Assembly: GCF_963921235.1 (NCBI RefSeq)
Contig: NC_086097.1
Coordinates: forward strand, 60,266,001-60,330,000
Reading direction: 5' to 3'
Length of the DNA stretch: 64,000 nt
Origin: Mobula hypostoma
Taxonomy: Eukaryota
Below, one piece after another: positions 1 to 12,980 of this stretch. The position numbers were made by a program, and so were the translations under genes. The first letter of the stretch is position 1. Every line of letters starts with the position of its first letter. A model generated the notes under the pieces. The model was not told where the DNA came from and searched no databases. It saw only the letters and a program-made list of their open reading frames with translations.

Positions 1-2009
1 CTAAAGCATTCTGCCCTGAAGAAGCCACACCACATGTGACTGCAGGAGGAGATCTAGCACTTGTACTACAGTTGAAGAATACCACATTAAAATCAATGCA
101 CCAACTCCTCCAAGGAGCACTAGACTGGCTCGTTAAAATTTCCATCCTCAGCATGGTTCTGAAGATTCTCTGTTACAGGTATCAAACCACCTGAATACCA
201 GAGGTGGGCAACATCAGATGAGCACACAGTTGTCTACCTAGAATCCTGAGATCACTCTGTGGGACTGAGCCTCCTGACTTCTCACACAACATCAAGAGCT
301 TATACACCCACCAGCTCTCAGACTCAGTCATCACCACAGCTCCCAAAACTGCTGGCCCAGAATATATATCCACCAGCTGGTATGTCACAGACAGGTGCCA
401 GCCATCAAAAGCACAAGCTTCTTTGCACTCAAATATTTTGTTCCAGTAAATGTGTTTTGGCCTGAACTGGAAGAGGATCAATATCCTTGAGGGAAGCTTT
501 GCTGGTGCTGCTCCAGAGGTTTTAAAGTAGAGTTGCAGGGGGATGGGAACCGGAGTACCAGGGCAGCTAGTGAGTGGTTGTGAAGGAAGTAAATGTTAAG
601 CCTACATACAAATTCAGGAATCGAAATGTTGAGTACAGTGGAACGAATGTTCTGTGTTGCATCTATTTCAATGCAAAGAGTATTGTGGGTAAAGTAGTTG
701 AGTTTAGGGCATGGATCAGCACGTGGAATCGTGACATTGTAGCCATTATTGAAACTTGGTTACTGGAGGAACAGGACTGACAGCTTAATATTCCAAGGTT
801 CAGTAGTTTTGTTTAGATGAGAGAGGGGGAGGTATTAAAGAGCATTACTCATCAGGGGAAATGTCAACGCAGTCCTCTGACAGTACAGACTGAAATATTC
901 ATCTACTGAGGCTATGTGGGTATAAGAGGCTATAAGAGAATGGGATGACCATGTTAATGTGATTATATTATGGACCACCCAATGGTCAGTGGGATTAAGA
1001 GTAGCAAATTTGTAGAGATAGCAAACTGTTGCAACAAAACTAAAGCTGTGATAGTAGGTGGCTTTAACTTCCACATATTGACTGAGACTCCCATACTGTG
1101 AAAGGACTGGGTAGAATAGTATTTGTCAAATGTGTTCAGTAAACTTCCCTTAATCAATAAAATAGAATTTCCAACTAGATTGTGTGCGATATTGGATCTT
1201 CTATTAGGGAACAAGACAAAGCAGGTGACAGAAGGTGTGTAGGGGAGCACTGTGGATCTAGTGATCATAATCCCACTAGTTTCAAGATAATTATGCAAGA
1301 ATAGGACTCGTCCTCGGGTTGAGATTCTAAATTGGAATATGGCTAATTTTGATGTCATCAGAAGGGAACTGGGTAGGTGTGGACTGGGTTTGTTTGTTTT
1401 CTGGCAAAGAGATGCTTGGTAAGTGGGAGGCCTTCAAAACGGAAATATTGAGAGTACAAAGTTTGCATGTTCTTGTTTGAATAAAAGGCACGGATAGCAG
1501 GTTAAAGGAACTATGGCTTTCAAAGGATCTGTTTAAGGAGATGCATGGTAGTCATAAATAGCAAATAAAGCTCTTGAGGAGAATAAGAAATGCAACAGAA
1601 CACTTAAGACGGAAATCAGATCATGAGGGTGCTCTGACAGACAAGGTGAAGGAGAATCCCAGTGGCTTCTACAGATGTATTAAAAGTAAAAATGCAACAA
1701 GGGACACAATTGGTCCACTTTGAGATTAGTGTGGTCATCTATGAAAGAAGCTGAAAGAGATGGAGGAGATCTGAAATGGATTTTTTGCAACTGCATTTAT
1801 TTGAGAGACAGACGGAGTTTACAGAACTGAGGCAAAACAGTAGTGTGGTCATGGGCCATATCTGGACTACAGGAAAGGTGATGTCTGCTGTCTTGAAGCA
1901 AATTAGGGTGCATAAGTACCCAAGGCCTAACAAGGTGACCCCTTGGACATCTTGGGAGGGTAGTAAGTATATTTGATATATTCCCACTGAGTATATTTAA
2001 ATTGTGTAT

Positions 2010-2173
2010 ATTTACAGTAAGGTTGATAGGTTCTTGATTAATAAGGGCATCAAAGGTTATGGGGAGAAGGCAGGAGAATAGGGTTAAGAAGGATTATAAA
2101 TCAGACATGATGGAATGGCAAAGCAGACTCAACTGTCCAAATGGTCTAATTCTGTTCCTACGTCCTATGGTCT
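2010..2173 (+). mobile_element. CR1 3'-terminal fragment
   Basis: gataggttcttgatt...ggggagaaggcaggaga...tcagacatgatggaatggc...cctatggtct matches the CR1 3' ends at 39030-39185 and 24700-24880. Confidence 0.8.
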
Positions 2174-2797
2174 TTTTTTTAGATTATGAAGACACGTAGT
2201 CCCCATTTATTGTCATTTAGTAATGCATGCATTAAGAAATGATACATTATTTCCTCCGGTGTGATATCACAAAACACAGGACAAACCAAGTCTGAAAAAA
2301 CTGACAAAACCACATAATTATACATATAGTTACAACAGTGCACAATACCATAACTTGATGAAGAAGTCTATGAGCACAGTAAAGTTCAAAGTTTCTCAAA
2401 TGTCCCACATCTCACGCAGACGGGAGAGTGAAGAAAAACTCTCCCTGCCATGCCGACCACAATCCGACTCTGAGTCATCCGAAAACTTCGAGCTCTGATA
2501 GCTCTCCGACACTGAGTACTGAGCGGCATCTCTGCCGAAAGATTCAACCTCCTTCTCGGTTGCCAAAAACAGGCAAGGCTGGGGATTTTGAGGCCTACCC
2601 TCCGAAAGATTCCCAACCACACAGTAACGATAGCCGCCGATGGGCGCTTCAGAAATTTCTCTAGATGTTCCTCTGTGATTTCACGTCCATTCTCCATCAA
2701 ATCAGAATTGTCCATGGCCCCTATTTAACAGATATAACATCATTTTTCACCGGAGAGCTGCGCACGCGCAGTGCGCTGCCATCTTCTCCTCCCGCCG
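2174..2797 (-). mobile_element. Non-autonomous retroposon with CpG-rich 5' end and poly(A) tail
   Basis: The minus strand starts GGCGGGAGGAGAAGATGGCAGCG and ends AATGACAATAAA...AATCTA(A)n (poly-T at 2173-2180). The 3' end resembles the Rex1-type tail at 59170-59206. Confidence 0.65.
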
Positions 2798-3269
2798 AAT
2801 AGTCTTATAGTACAAAAAGTGCAGGAGTCCTGACAGAAATATTTAAAACGTCCTTAGCTATGTGTGAGGTGCTGGAGGACTGGAGCATGGCTAACATTTT
2901 TCTGTTGTTCAAGGAAAGCTCTAAGAATAAGTTGGGAATTAATAGGCTGGCGAGCCTGGCGTCAATAGTGGGTAAATTATTGGAAGGTACTCTAAGGAAC
3001 AGAATATATAAGTATTTGAGTCGACAGGGCACAATTAGATGAGTTTCTCTGTGGTAAATCATATCTAACCAATCAGATCAGCCATGATCTTATTGACTAG
3101 AGAGCAATCAGCTTTGTGGAGAGAAATTCAATTAATGCTAAGACTTACTTAACAGAAGGGAGTTGAGTGAAGTCCACCTGCTTCCAATTCATTTGCTCAC
3201 AATGTTATCCCCTCTACAATGGAGGAACTAGATGCAGGCTGGTTAGCCTTTTTGTATAGTCCCATAGTG

Positions 3270-3445
3270 GATCCCCAGTTGTTACCCTGAACATCCTGCC
3301 TCATCTCACTCCCACACTGGTCTCTCTCTCTTTGGCCTCTTATTTTGTTCAGCAGAGTTCATCTAAGCTTGAGAAATGGCACTTCATCTTCCAGCTAGGC
3401 AAATTACAGCCTTCAGGGCTTAGCTTTGAATTCAATAATTTCATA
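3270..3445 (+). mobile_element. Old Penelope-like GIY-YIG C-terminal fragment
   Basis: cacttcatcttccagctaggcaaattacagccttcagggcttagctttgaattcaataattt resembles the HLIFRLGSLQPDGMNIDFSNF coding end at 54230-54300. Confidence 0.5.
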
Positions 3446-6194
3446 AAGCCAGCATTTGCTTTTTCTGTCAGATGATGAGCATTTCTAGCAAATTCCATTT
3501 TGGTTCACAGTTAAGGCCGGTTGTACATCAAAATAAATACCCCTTCGAAATATTAGACCAGCATGTCAATCGGATACGGAATTATCACTACTAGAAAGAC
3601 TGCCCATTCTATATTAATACCTTCAAACAAAGCAGTGGTGGATTCAGACAACATTTGATTTAATTATGTAAACCTTCTTGGGAAATCAACTAAACACTAT
3701 TAAATACAACATTCATTTATAAATCAAAGCACAGCAATTACAAGTCTCTCATCCTGCATTATTTTAATTAATCTTAGTACAATTGTCAGCTCAAACAGGA
3801 TAAAAACACCATCATGTTGTTTATCAATCTAATGAAAACTTGTGCTGGGTATCACATCCACCCAAAGCTAAAAGGTTCCATGATCAGGAGTTGACCTCAG
3901 ACTGGGCTAGTTTACTTACTCCATGATTTTAAATGGAGTAAAATCCCAATGTAATCTGGTAATTGTGGTGGTTTTTAGTAATGAGTTAGATATTCATCCA
4001 TGGTTGGTACCGCTGGATATCTAGACAGTGAATTATAAGGTTACACCTTACCTCAGAATTCCAAAGCATGGTACAACAAACTGACATTTTAGTTTGTACT
4101 GACTGGGGATAAGTGTACTGCCAAATTTGGCATAATTAAATGAGATCTACTCTTGTTTCTCTAAATTCTTGGGAATACTCTCCTCATGTGATAGTCCATG
4201 AAGGTGACCATGAATGACCTCGACAACAAGACTGCACTTGCCCTTAAGTAGATTCAGTATAACTGAAGCTTATGGGAATCATGAAGCAAGCTCTTTCCAG
4301 TATCATCTCCAGCACAAAGGGTGAAGGTTCAGTCTTTAGATGGCGAATCACCTCAGCTCTCATACTTGGAAAATTCTAAAACTATTCCCTCATTTCCATT
4401 GGTTTAAAATGCTGAAATATCAGTATTTAACTGCAGTTTGGGAAAAATACTTCATCACAGCATCTGAAATAGTTCAAAAAGCCAACTTAGCACCACCATT
4501 AGAACAACAATTAATAGACAATAAATGCTGTCCTTACTAGCAGGCCCCATCTCATGAATGAATATCAGGTGAATTTTTCATATGTCAATAACATTAAATA
4601 TCATGACACTATTCTTATGTCAACATAAGAGCTGAAAGTAGAAAAGCTACTCAACATACCTCCAGCAAGAATTAACTGATAACAATCAAAAACAGAAATA
4701 TGCAAGATTTCTCATTACTTACCCGAGGGCACGCTGGGGCTTCAAAATTGTACTTCAATGCAGCTCAGACCAAGATTAGCTCCCTCAGCATGATCTGAAA
4801 TATTTTTTATCCATATCATAAAAAGGCTTACTGTCCTTTCAAAACAGTTACCATCAGTTTTAATCTACTTCTTCCTGCTTCCTCTTCAAAAATACAACCT
4901 GGCACTATTTTCTTTCCATGTTATCAGCTTTTATGGAATCTGTTCATATCTCCCAAGTTCACGCCCATTAAGTTATTATTCCTTGCTTCAATATCTGCAA
5001 TCTGGCATCTGACCCTGTCACACTGACCAAAATTATAAACAGTATCCTCTGACTGTTGCAGACTGTCCTTCTTTAATCTCACTGCAGATATTATACAGTT
5101 AACTCATCTTCATTCCTGATAACTCTCATCCATCATCCAGCTTGGTTAAGCTCTGACAATTTTACCATGACAAGAGCATCTACAATAAAGGCTTAAGCAC
5201 AGCCTTTGTCCTGCTATTATTAACTTATCAAGGATGATGTTTGACCCTTCCTGCTTCTCCTTTTCAGCATGCCTCTTATCAAAGCTGGTGTTTCCTTTGG
5301 AATGAAAGAAACAGTTTTCAATACTGGGTCCTTGCAACATTATATCTGTACTCCTTGGATGAGATAGGAGAGGATTTCAACATCTCTTGAGGAATATTTT
5401 GAACTGTCTTTTGCCAGCAGTACCTGCCACCATTTTGCACAACTACAACGGCTAGACTATCACTATCTGGAACATACATTTTCAAGAGTGACGTGCCTTA
5501 TGATAATGTCTCCTTCTCTGTGGTGTCACCTGAGAACCATAGTTGACGAATACAAGCCCAGTATAGAGAGGTTGTACACTGCCAGATAATGAATATCACC
5601 ACACAGTTTGGTATCGTTAATGATTATGTGTTTTCCGGACACATGAAGAAGTAAATTCCCAGACTCACTCCCTCATTTGTGGATTTTCAGCATTTTCTGC
5701 TCCAGCTCAAGAGTGGGTTCTGAGTTCAACAGTGGTCTCCTGAACTTGGTAGCACTCATTTTGTGCAGTGCAGTGGGAGAGGTCAAATTTTGATGCATCG
5801 ATACAACAGAGGGTGCATATTTCCAGAGCTTCTATTGCTCTGTGTGCTGAAACAGTAAAAATCAGAGAGGAGCTGAAGGGAAAACAAATGATTAGAAGAT
5901 GAAACATGAAAGGAGTTACCTAAAGAATCCTGGTCATCTTTTTCCTGCAATATGGGAGCTATTGGTCTGAGCATAAAGTCACAAATGGACCAGTCCAAAT
6001 ATAAACGGCAAATTTCTATTTCTAATCTCTTTGTTTTTGTTTATAAACATACTCATTGTCAAGGTCTCTAGTTTTGGAATTTCAGATTTCTTTTAAATCA
6101 AAATCAAATGTTTAAATTTAGATCCCTATCTATGCCTAGAAGTTCAAGCAGCCACTAACTAAATCTTCCGCAATTCATCTATGTGCTAACATCA

Positions 6195-6497
6195 GTTGGT
6201 TCACATGGTAATAATGTTTTACAGTGATCTGAGTCCAATTTCTGCCACTGAGCTGTAAGGAGTTGTATATTCTCTCCATCAGTTTCGTCCAGGTATTCCA
6301 GTTTCCTCCCATATTCCAAAGCTGCAGAGGTTAGGGTTAGTAACTTGTGGGCATGCTATATTGGTGCTGTAAGTGTGGTGACATTTGTAGGTTGCTCCTT
6401 CTACTTCCTGGGACTGTGTTGGCTGTTGAAATAAACAACGCATTTCACTGTATGCTTCGATATTTCTATGCACATGTGACAAATAAAATTAATCTTA
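6195..6497 (+). mobile_element. Degenerate V-SINE-like element
   Basis: Central ccagtttcctcccatattccaaag...ggttagggttag motif typical of the V-SINE domain; ends with gtgacaaataaa. Confidence 0.55.
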
Positions 6498-6809
6498 TTA
6501 AAAAGTCTTTGTACTGAGTTCATAATAAAAACATAATATTGAACAAGTGCACAAGCTCTGTACAAAAAAAAAATCCAGTGAGTGGCTGTTCTGTGAGCAA
6601 AAACATCTTGTTAAATCTACTCGCTGGATTTTTTTTATCTTTGGCACCATTCTTTGTAAACTCCAGGGTCTGTTGTGTATAAAAATCCAAGGAGATCAGC
6701 AGTTTCTGAGATACTCAAATCACCCTGAGCAGCACCTAATTAATTTGGCTTTTTTCTTAAAGATGTGCCGGATGCGCTCCGGTGTGCTTTGGCTAGCACT
6801 GCACCACTG

Positions 6810-7735
6810 TAAACCATGCTGACTTTAGCCTATTTTTATCATGTGCCTCCAAGTATTCCAAAACCTCATCCTTAATAATGGACTCCAACATCTTTCTAAC
6901 CACTGATAATTTCATTTCTTTTGCTTCCCTCTCTTCTTAAAGGGTGGAGAAATATTTGCAATTTTTCAGTCCTCAGGAACCATTTCAGAACCTAGTGATT
7001 CTTGAAAGATTATTACTAATGCCTCTACAATCCCTTCAAATCTACATCTTTCAGAACCCTGGGATGTAGTGTTACCACCTTCAGGCCTTTCAGCCTTCCA
7101 AACATTTTCTCCTTAGTAACAACAACACTCATTTTTGCCACCTGACACTCTTGAAATTCTGGCATACTGCTAGTAACTTGATGCAAAATAATTATTTAGT
7201 TCATCCACCATTTCCTTGTCCCCCCCATTACTACCTCTGCAGCATCACTTTGCAGTGGTCTGATATCCACTTTTACTGTTATGCTGCCTTTGGCTTCCCC
7301 TGTCAGCCACAATTGCCACGTCCTCCCTTTAAAATACTGTACTTCTTCATCTTTGGCATACATCTTTCCTGTGTCTTCCAAAGTTTCCCAGAAACACCTG
7401 CCCTTGCTGTTCTCCTGTCATCCCTGCGAGTGTTCCCTTCCAGTCAACTTTGTCCAGCTCCTCTTGCATGCCTGTGTAATTCCCTTTATTCCATTGTAAT
7501 ACTGATACAAGCCCTTTTAGCTTTTTCTTCTCAAACTGTAGGGTGAATTCTATCATATTATGATCACTACCTACTAAGGGTTCCTTTATCATAAGCTCCT
7601 GAATCAAATCTGGGTCATTATATAACACCCAATCCAGAATTGCCATTCCCCTAGTGGGCCCAACCACAATCTACTCTTAAAAAGCCATCTCGTAGGCATT
7701 CTACAAATTCCCTCTATTGGGATCCAGCAATAAGA
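6810..7735 (-). mobile_element. CR1 LINE fragment (APE end to RT start, internally deleted)
   Basis: ORF 7347-7667 contains PTRGMAILDWVLYNDPDLI...LVGSDHNMIEF. Confidence 0.85.
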
Positions 7736-9049
7736 CAGTGTTGCGGATGCAATGAAATGGGAGGCACTGACTCAGACTTGTTTGGAATGAAAAGTCATGG
7801 TTTTTACACCCTTTTTCCAAAATATCCCTCCAATATATCATGAAGTAATTCAGCCCAACCATCCAGTTAGGAGACAAAAGGAGAGAGGTTAAAAATCATT
7901 TCTAGGGATTCTGTGTTTCTTTCTTGTATCTTTCACCCTCAGTGCAGTATTAGCCGGCCTATTTATGAATGTTGCTCAGTCTCTCACTCCAGGAAATCGG
8001 AAAAGGTAAAGATTACATTTGAATGACAGCAATCATGTCCAGTGTTTGTTCTAAAAATCTTCAAAGCAGCCATAGTACCTAGTAGGTTTAGTGTCTGAAG
8101 GTGCTTATGGTCGGTTATGATAATTTGTCAGATCATAGGAGATTTTGCTGCCGGTTTGCTAGGATTAGTTCTAGCACTTTATTGATTAAGAGATGGAACC
8201 ACAAAGTAAATGAAAAATAACTTACACTTATTGTCCTATCAGCAACACCCTCCCTCTGGCTGAATGTGTGCCTTTTCTCCCAACAAATAGCGGAATTGAT
8301 TCTTCTGAATGTGAATTTTTGCAAAGATCAGAATCAAAATGAAACCAGTATTTGGAGACATTCCTACTTAAACTTCCTTTCAATATAATGAGCATACGTT
8401 TCAAAAAAGTCAGGGGTGTACCACTGGAAATGAGTTTGAAAAATTGTATTAAATACAAATGCATACAAACCTCTTTCAATCTTGTTTATCAGAGGAATCT
8501 ATCATTTGAAGCATATGTATCATTAGGCATATAAATTATGGAGTATCACAGGAAATATATTCCACAAAAGCTTTCCAATCTTTAGTGCAATTAATGTCAA
8601 TGACTTTAAAATTTATGCAAATAAAGGGTATTTGGTAAAAAAATCAAGGAAATAGCTGAAAATACCATACATATCAGTCAGAGATTTGTGATATCAGTGC
8701 CTATGCATTATAGCATAATAGCTCTGAAGTTATGATTAGCTATTCACTGGTATTTTTCTGATTGCTCTCTCATACTGGAATCCTAACAGTATTTAACATG
8801 GGAATGGGAAAGTTCAGGGATTCTCCAACACTCACTATACAAAGCGAGCACATTCCCTTGATTTGATTTGATCTGCTTCACTAGTGCAGCATTACGATTA
8901 TACAGAGGCTATTTGACAGATCACCCTAATCTTTACCAGTTCTCTCCATTAAGACAGTAGCCAGTGTGTGCTGCTGTTGGAAGAGGGCCCCTATACTCTA
9001 GTAATCCCTTTCCCTCACTCTCTCTTTTGATGGTGAGTTTTGATGGTTC

Positions 9050-9164
9050 GCAGTTATTTTGTAAATAACACTATTCTTTGCATTTCTGGTCAGATGCATT
9101 TCATTGGCTTCGTATCTGTACTCGGCACAATGACAATAAAGTTGAATCTAATCTAATCTAATCT
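9050..9164 (+). mobile_element. 3' end of Rex1/Babar-type LINE with (AATCT)n tail
   Basis: Near-identical to 59085-59206: ...gtatctgtactcggcacaatgacaataaagttgaatctaatctaatct. Confidence 0.85.
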
Positions 9165-9169
9165 TACCT

Positions 9170-9600
9170 AAAAGCCTGTTGCTCCTCGAGTCCAGGGAGG
9201 CTGGGGCACGGAGAAGCAATGGGGAAGATTGTAACTTCAGAACAGTGATTTGCTGGTCTCCACTCTTGCTCCTGCAGGTGTGAGAGGGTCTGTTTGAGAT
9301 ACTGAAGTGCTGGTTAATAGACTATAGTTTTTGATGGATTCTAGTTAAAGGGCTCTTTGGAGGGTTTTACTATTGCTTAGATGGTGGGAGTAGGGGGATG
9401 AGTGTTTCTGCTGGTGCAACTAGGGGGAAGGGGAAGGTCGATGATTCTGCGGCTGCATCTGAGGGGGAGGGGTGCTCTGGAGCTCTGATGATTCTATCAT
9501 TCACTCTTTGGGGTTTCATGTTTCGGATGTCTCTGTGAAGAGTAAGAATTTCAAGTTTTATACTGTACATATTCTCTGATATTAAGTTGAACCACTTTTT
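9170..9600 (+). mobile_element. Non-autonomous retroposon fragment
   Basis: The 3' part (gaagagtaagaatttcaag...tatactgtacatattctctgatattaa) is the reverse complement of the family sequence at 59940-60010. Confidence 0.55.
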
Positions 9601-10194
9601 GAATTCTTCATTTAACTTACACCTTATAATTCTTGCCATGCCCACATTTAAAATCCTAGTTATGTGATTTGTTAGACACAGCCTCTAGCCTTGTTTAGAT
9701 GACCTTTATACCAATGAAATTGTTCTCTCCTTTCCAATACCTGTGTCCTGTGAATCAAGACCTGGTCTCCCTACACTGTTACATGAGCCATATGTTTAAA
9801 ACTTTGATTTGTTTAGCCCTATCCAATGTACCCACGGTACAGCTTAAAATATTTGCCAAGATCAAGCTCGGTTCTGGGCTGTGGTTTTGCGGGAAACCAG
9901 AGCACATCCATTCTCTGGTGCTCAGCAGATCATTTGCTTCCACGTGTGCCCACTGGAATGCAGAGGCTGAATATACAGTGAAGGTTGAGTACTGAAACAT
10001 CTGATCTCCTGTCCTGCAGCTGGACCCAGCACTGAGCTCAGTAACAGCTCCTGAAAGAATAGAAGGCTTGATGCACTTTGTATGTGGCCTCAGCATTACA
10101 CCAGCTGTGTACACCACCATACACCAACATATGCACAGCTGTCCATCCCACACCCTTGAATGAAGTTGCTGACCTTCATTCAAATACCAAATTC

Positions 10195-10587
10195 AGGCTA
10201 CATGGAAAATAGAGCACTAATGCCTGTTCTGGCCTTTCCCCCTACAAGGTTGTGCCATCCTTTTAACCTACACTCTGACCAACGTAATCCTTCCCCATAG
10301 CCCTTTTATTTTCATCCACATGCCTATCTAAAAGTCTCTAAAATATCCCTAATGTATCTGACTCTACCACAACCCCTGACAGCACATTATACACATCTAC
10401 CATATTCTGTGTAATAACCCTAACTTTGACATGCCCCAAAACTTTCCTCCACTCACCTAAAAATTATGCCTTTTTGCATTAGCAATTTCCATCCTGGGAA
10501 AACGTCTATGGCTGTTCAGCCTATCTATGCCTCTTACCATTTTGTACTCCTCCTTCAAGCCACTTCTCATCCTCCTTCATTCCAATG
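10195..10587 (-). mobile_element. CR1 3' part (left of the Gypsy insertion)
   Basis: Reverse complement of CR1 3' ORF/UTR; continues at 15709-15960 after the Gypsy element. Confidence 0.7.
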
Positions 10588-10592
10588 AGAAT

Positions 10593-10672
10593 TGTAATGA
10601 ACAGATCTATTTCTTTTAGAGCATTTCCTCCTTTTAACACTACTTATGATCTGTCGACTACACATGTGTATT

Positions 10673-10708
<36 letters not shown>

Positions 10709-10785
10709 CAATGTGAATACACCAGTTAAAATCATCATCCATATGCATGCTTCTATTTAGTTGATATGTAATGCAAGACACAACA
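10593..10785 (+). repeat. 5' LTR with expanded (CT)n microsatellite
   Basis: TG...CA ends; colinear with 15527-15703; (CT)n at ~10674-10704 is longer than in the 3' LTR. Confidence 0.9.
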
Positions 10786-12980
10786 AATTGGCAATAAGAA
10801 CAAATCTGAATGTCAGAGAATTTCACCAACTGCACCAACAGTTACAGGACGAAACAGCAAGAGGAAAGGGTTAAACAGTGCAGAGAAAGTCATCACAGAC
10901 ACTAACAAAGTGACGTGCGAGTAACAGTGCCCAGTACACAGTGAAAGATGCAACTAGCAAAGTTAAAGTGAAAATAACACGGTGATGGATTCAGTCAGGA
11001 AAGTTGATGAATTCAATAGCGCTAATGAAGGATGGGAGTTGTATATCAAGAGCATGGAACTGTATTGTAACATGAACAACATGCAGGAGCAAAAGAAAGA
11101 CCCTTGCTTCTTAACTTAACAGGTGCTAGGACATGCAGTCTCTTACATAATCTAGTAAACCCTGAAAAGCCAGCAAGTAAGATATTCAATGAAATTGTTA
11201 CAATTTTACAAAATCACTTGAGCCCTAAACTGCTGGTAAGAGCTGAGAGATTTAGTTTTCACAAAAAGGAACCAGTCAAAGGATGAAAGCATTTCTGAAT
11301 ACATTGCGGAACTCCAAAAATTTTCCCATTACTGTGACTTTAGAGATGGACATGCATAGTCAAAACATTCAAACAAGGCTACTGGCAGAAAGAGACCTAA
11401 ACTTTGAATGGGTATTGACCATTGCAATATCGTTAGAGACTGCAGCAAAGGATGCAACAGAACTACAGAAAAGGAGTTCAGAGTATGAAATGCACAAAAT
11501 GTCCCTGAATGGTTCAAAAAGCCAAAAATGTTACTGATATGGCAAATCTTCCCATGATGCAAATGCCTGTTGGTTCCACTAAAAAAAATTGAAGAAATTG
11601 TCACAGACAAGGTCATATAGAGAGATTGTGCAAAGCAGCCAAAAAGCTCAAATGATTTAAAAGTTTCAAACAGAAAACAAAACAAATGCATAAAATGACC
11701 AAATGTAAAACAGAATCAGAGAACAGAGAGTCTGACAAAGGTGAACTGTGATCACTTGAATTGCATAGTATTACTAAAGCAGATCACAAAATCATATGGA
11801 TCACAACAGATGAGTCCAGTGTGAAACTGAAAATAGACCTGGATACAGGGTCAGCTTTGACTATAATTTCAGAGGCTGACTACACCAGACTGTTACTACG
11901 CTACCAGTAGAAAAGACCTCAGTGATGCTAAAGACCTATACAGGCAAGAAAAGGGTCTCCCAAAGGCAAACTGAAAGTAAATATCAGACCAAACATAGCA
12001 GTTAAAGATTAATGTGTTGAAAAATGGAGTGACAGCGCTTTTCAGACATGAATGGTTGAGAAAAATCCAACTAGACTGGCACGTAATCAAAGCTTTCAAC
12101 GTGTCATCGAGAGGCAACTGCAGCCCAAACAGCAGCACTAACCAGAGACAGTCACAGCTGATTAATGCTAATGAGAAGGTGTTTAAGAAGGGGATTGGTA
12201 AACTCAAAGGCATGAAGGCCAGAATTAAATTGAATGAAGCAGCAACACCAAGATTCCATAAAGGGTGTCAAGAGACTTATTCGCTATGTCCTAAAGTGGA
12301 TGCTGAACTTCAGAACATGGAGGCATCTGGCATTCTCTCCAAGGATGAGTGGAACAATTGGGCCATGCCCATTGTCCTGATGGTCAAGAAAGTGAAGGCT
12401 GGAGCTGTTCGCAAATGTGGGGGACTTCAAATTGAGCATCAATCCTGTGCTGTGTACTGTGCAGTATCATCTGCTGAAAATAGAAGACATTTTAGTGTCT
12501 TTGGTGTCACAACTGCTCCAGAAATTTGGCAAAGAGCAATGGACCAGGTGCTCCAAGATATTCCAACAACATAATGTCACCTTGATGACATTATCATGAC
12601 TGGCATGAATGATGAAGAGTACCTCCCGAACCTTAGTAAAGTGCTTGCCAGGCTGAGTGACTATGGTCTGCATGCAAAGAGAGAAATGTGGGTTTTTCAA
12701 GAATAAAATCTCATTCTATGGACACGTGTGGCTTACTTAAGTCATAAGAGAAGATTGGAGCACCTGGAAAATGTGTCACAACTCAGGTCATCCTTTTGGC
12801 TTTGTAAACTGCTACCATTGGTTTCTCCCAAACATTGCTACAGTGCTGCGCCCATTGAATGCACTGCTGGAGACTGGAGCAAAGTAGGAATGGTCAGAAA
12901 TATATGAAAAACATTCAAGGAAACAGAGAGACTAACAACATCTGATGAACTGCTCATCCATTATGAGCCATCCCTGCCCA

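Larger units (their letters stand above)
455..3070 (+). mobile_element. Degenerate CR1 LINE (ORF1 C-terminus, APE endonuclease, start of RT), split by a nested insertion at ~1966-2807
   Basis: 462-530 reads LNWKRINILEGSF..., resembling the CR1 ORF1 esterase end. YFNAKSI...IVAIIETWL (APE N-terminus) is in ORF 574-780. EDWSMANIFLLFKESSK (RT start) is at 2860-3042. It is colinear with the copy at 16590-19452 and has many stops and frameshifts. Confidence 0.9.

Noticed and set aside
4722..4793. Minus-strand segment with a strong GTAAGT donor and a ttcag acceptor
   Set aside because: All three frames contain stops, and there is no support for a non-coding exon from sequence alone.
9699..10183. 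Overlapping ORFs on both strands in GC-richer unique sequence, with possible splice sites
   Set aside because: No recognisable motif; strand and frame are ambiguous.
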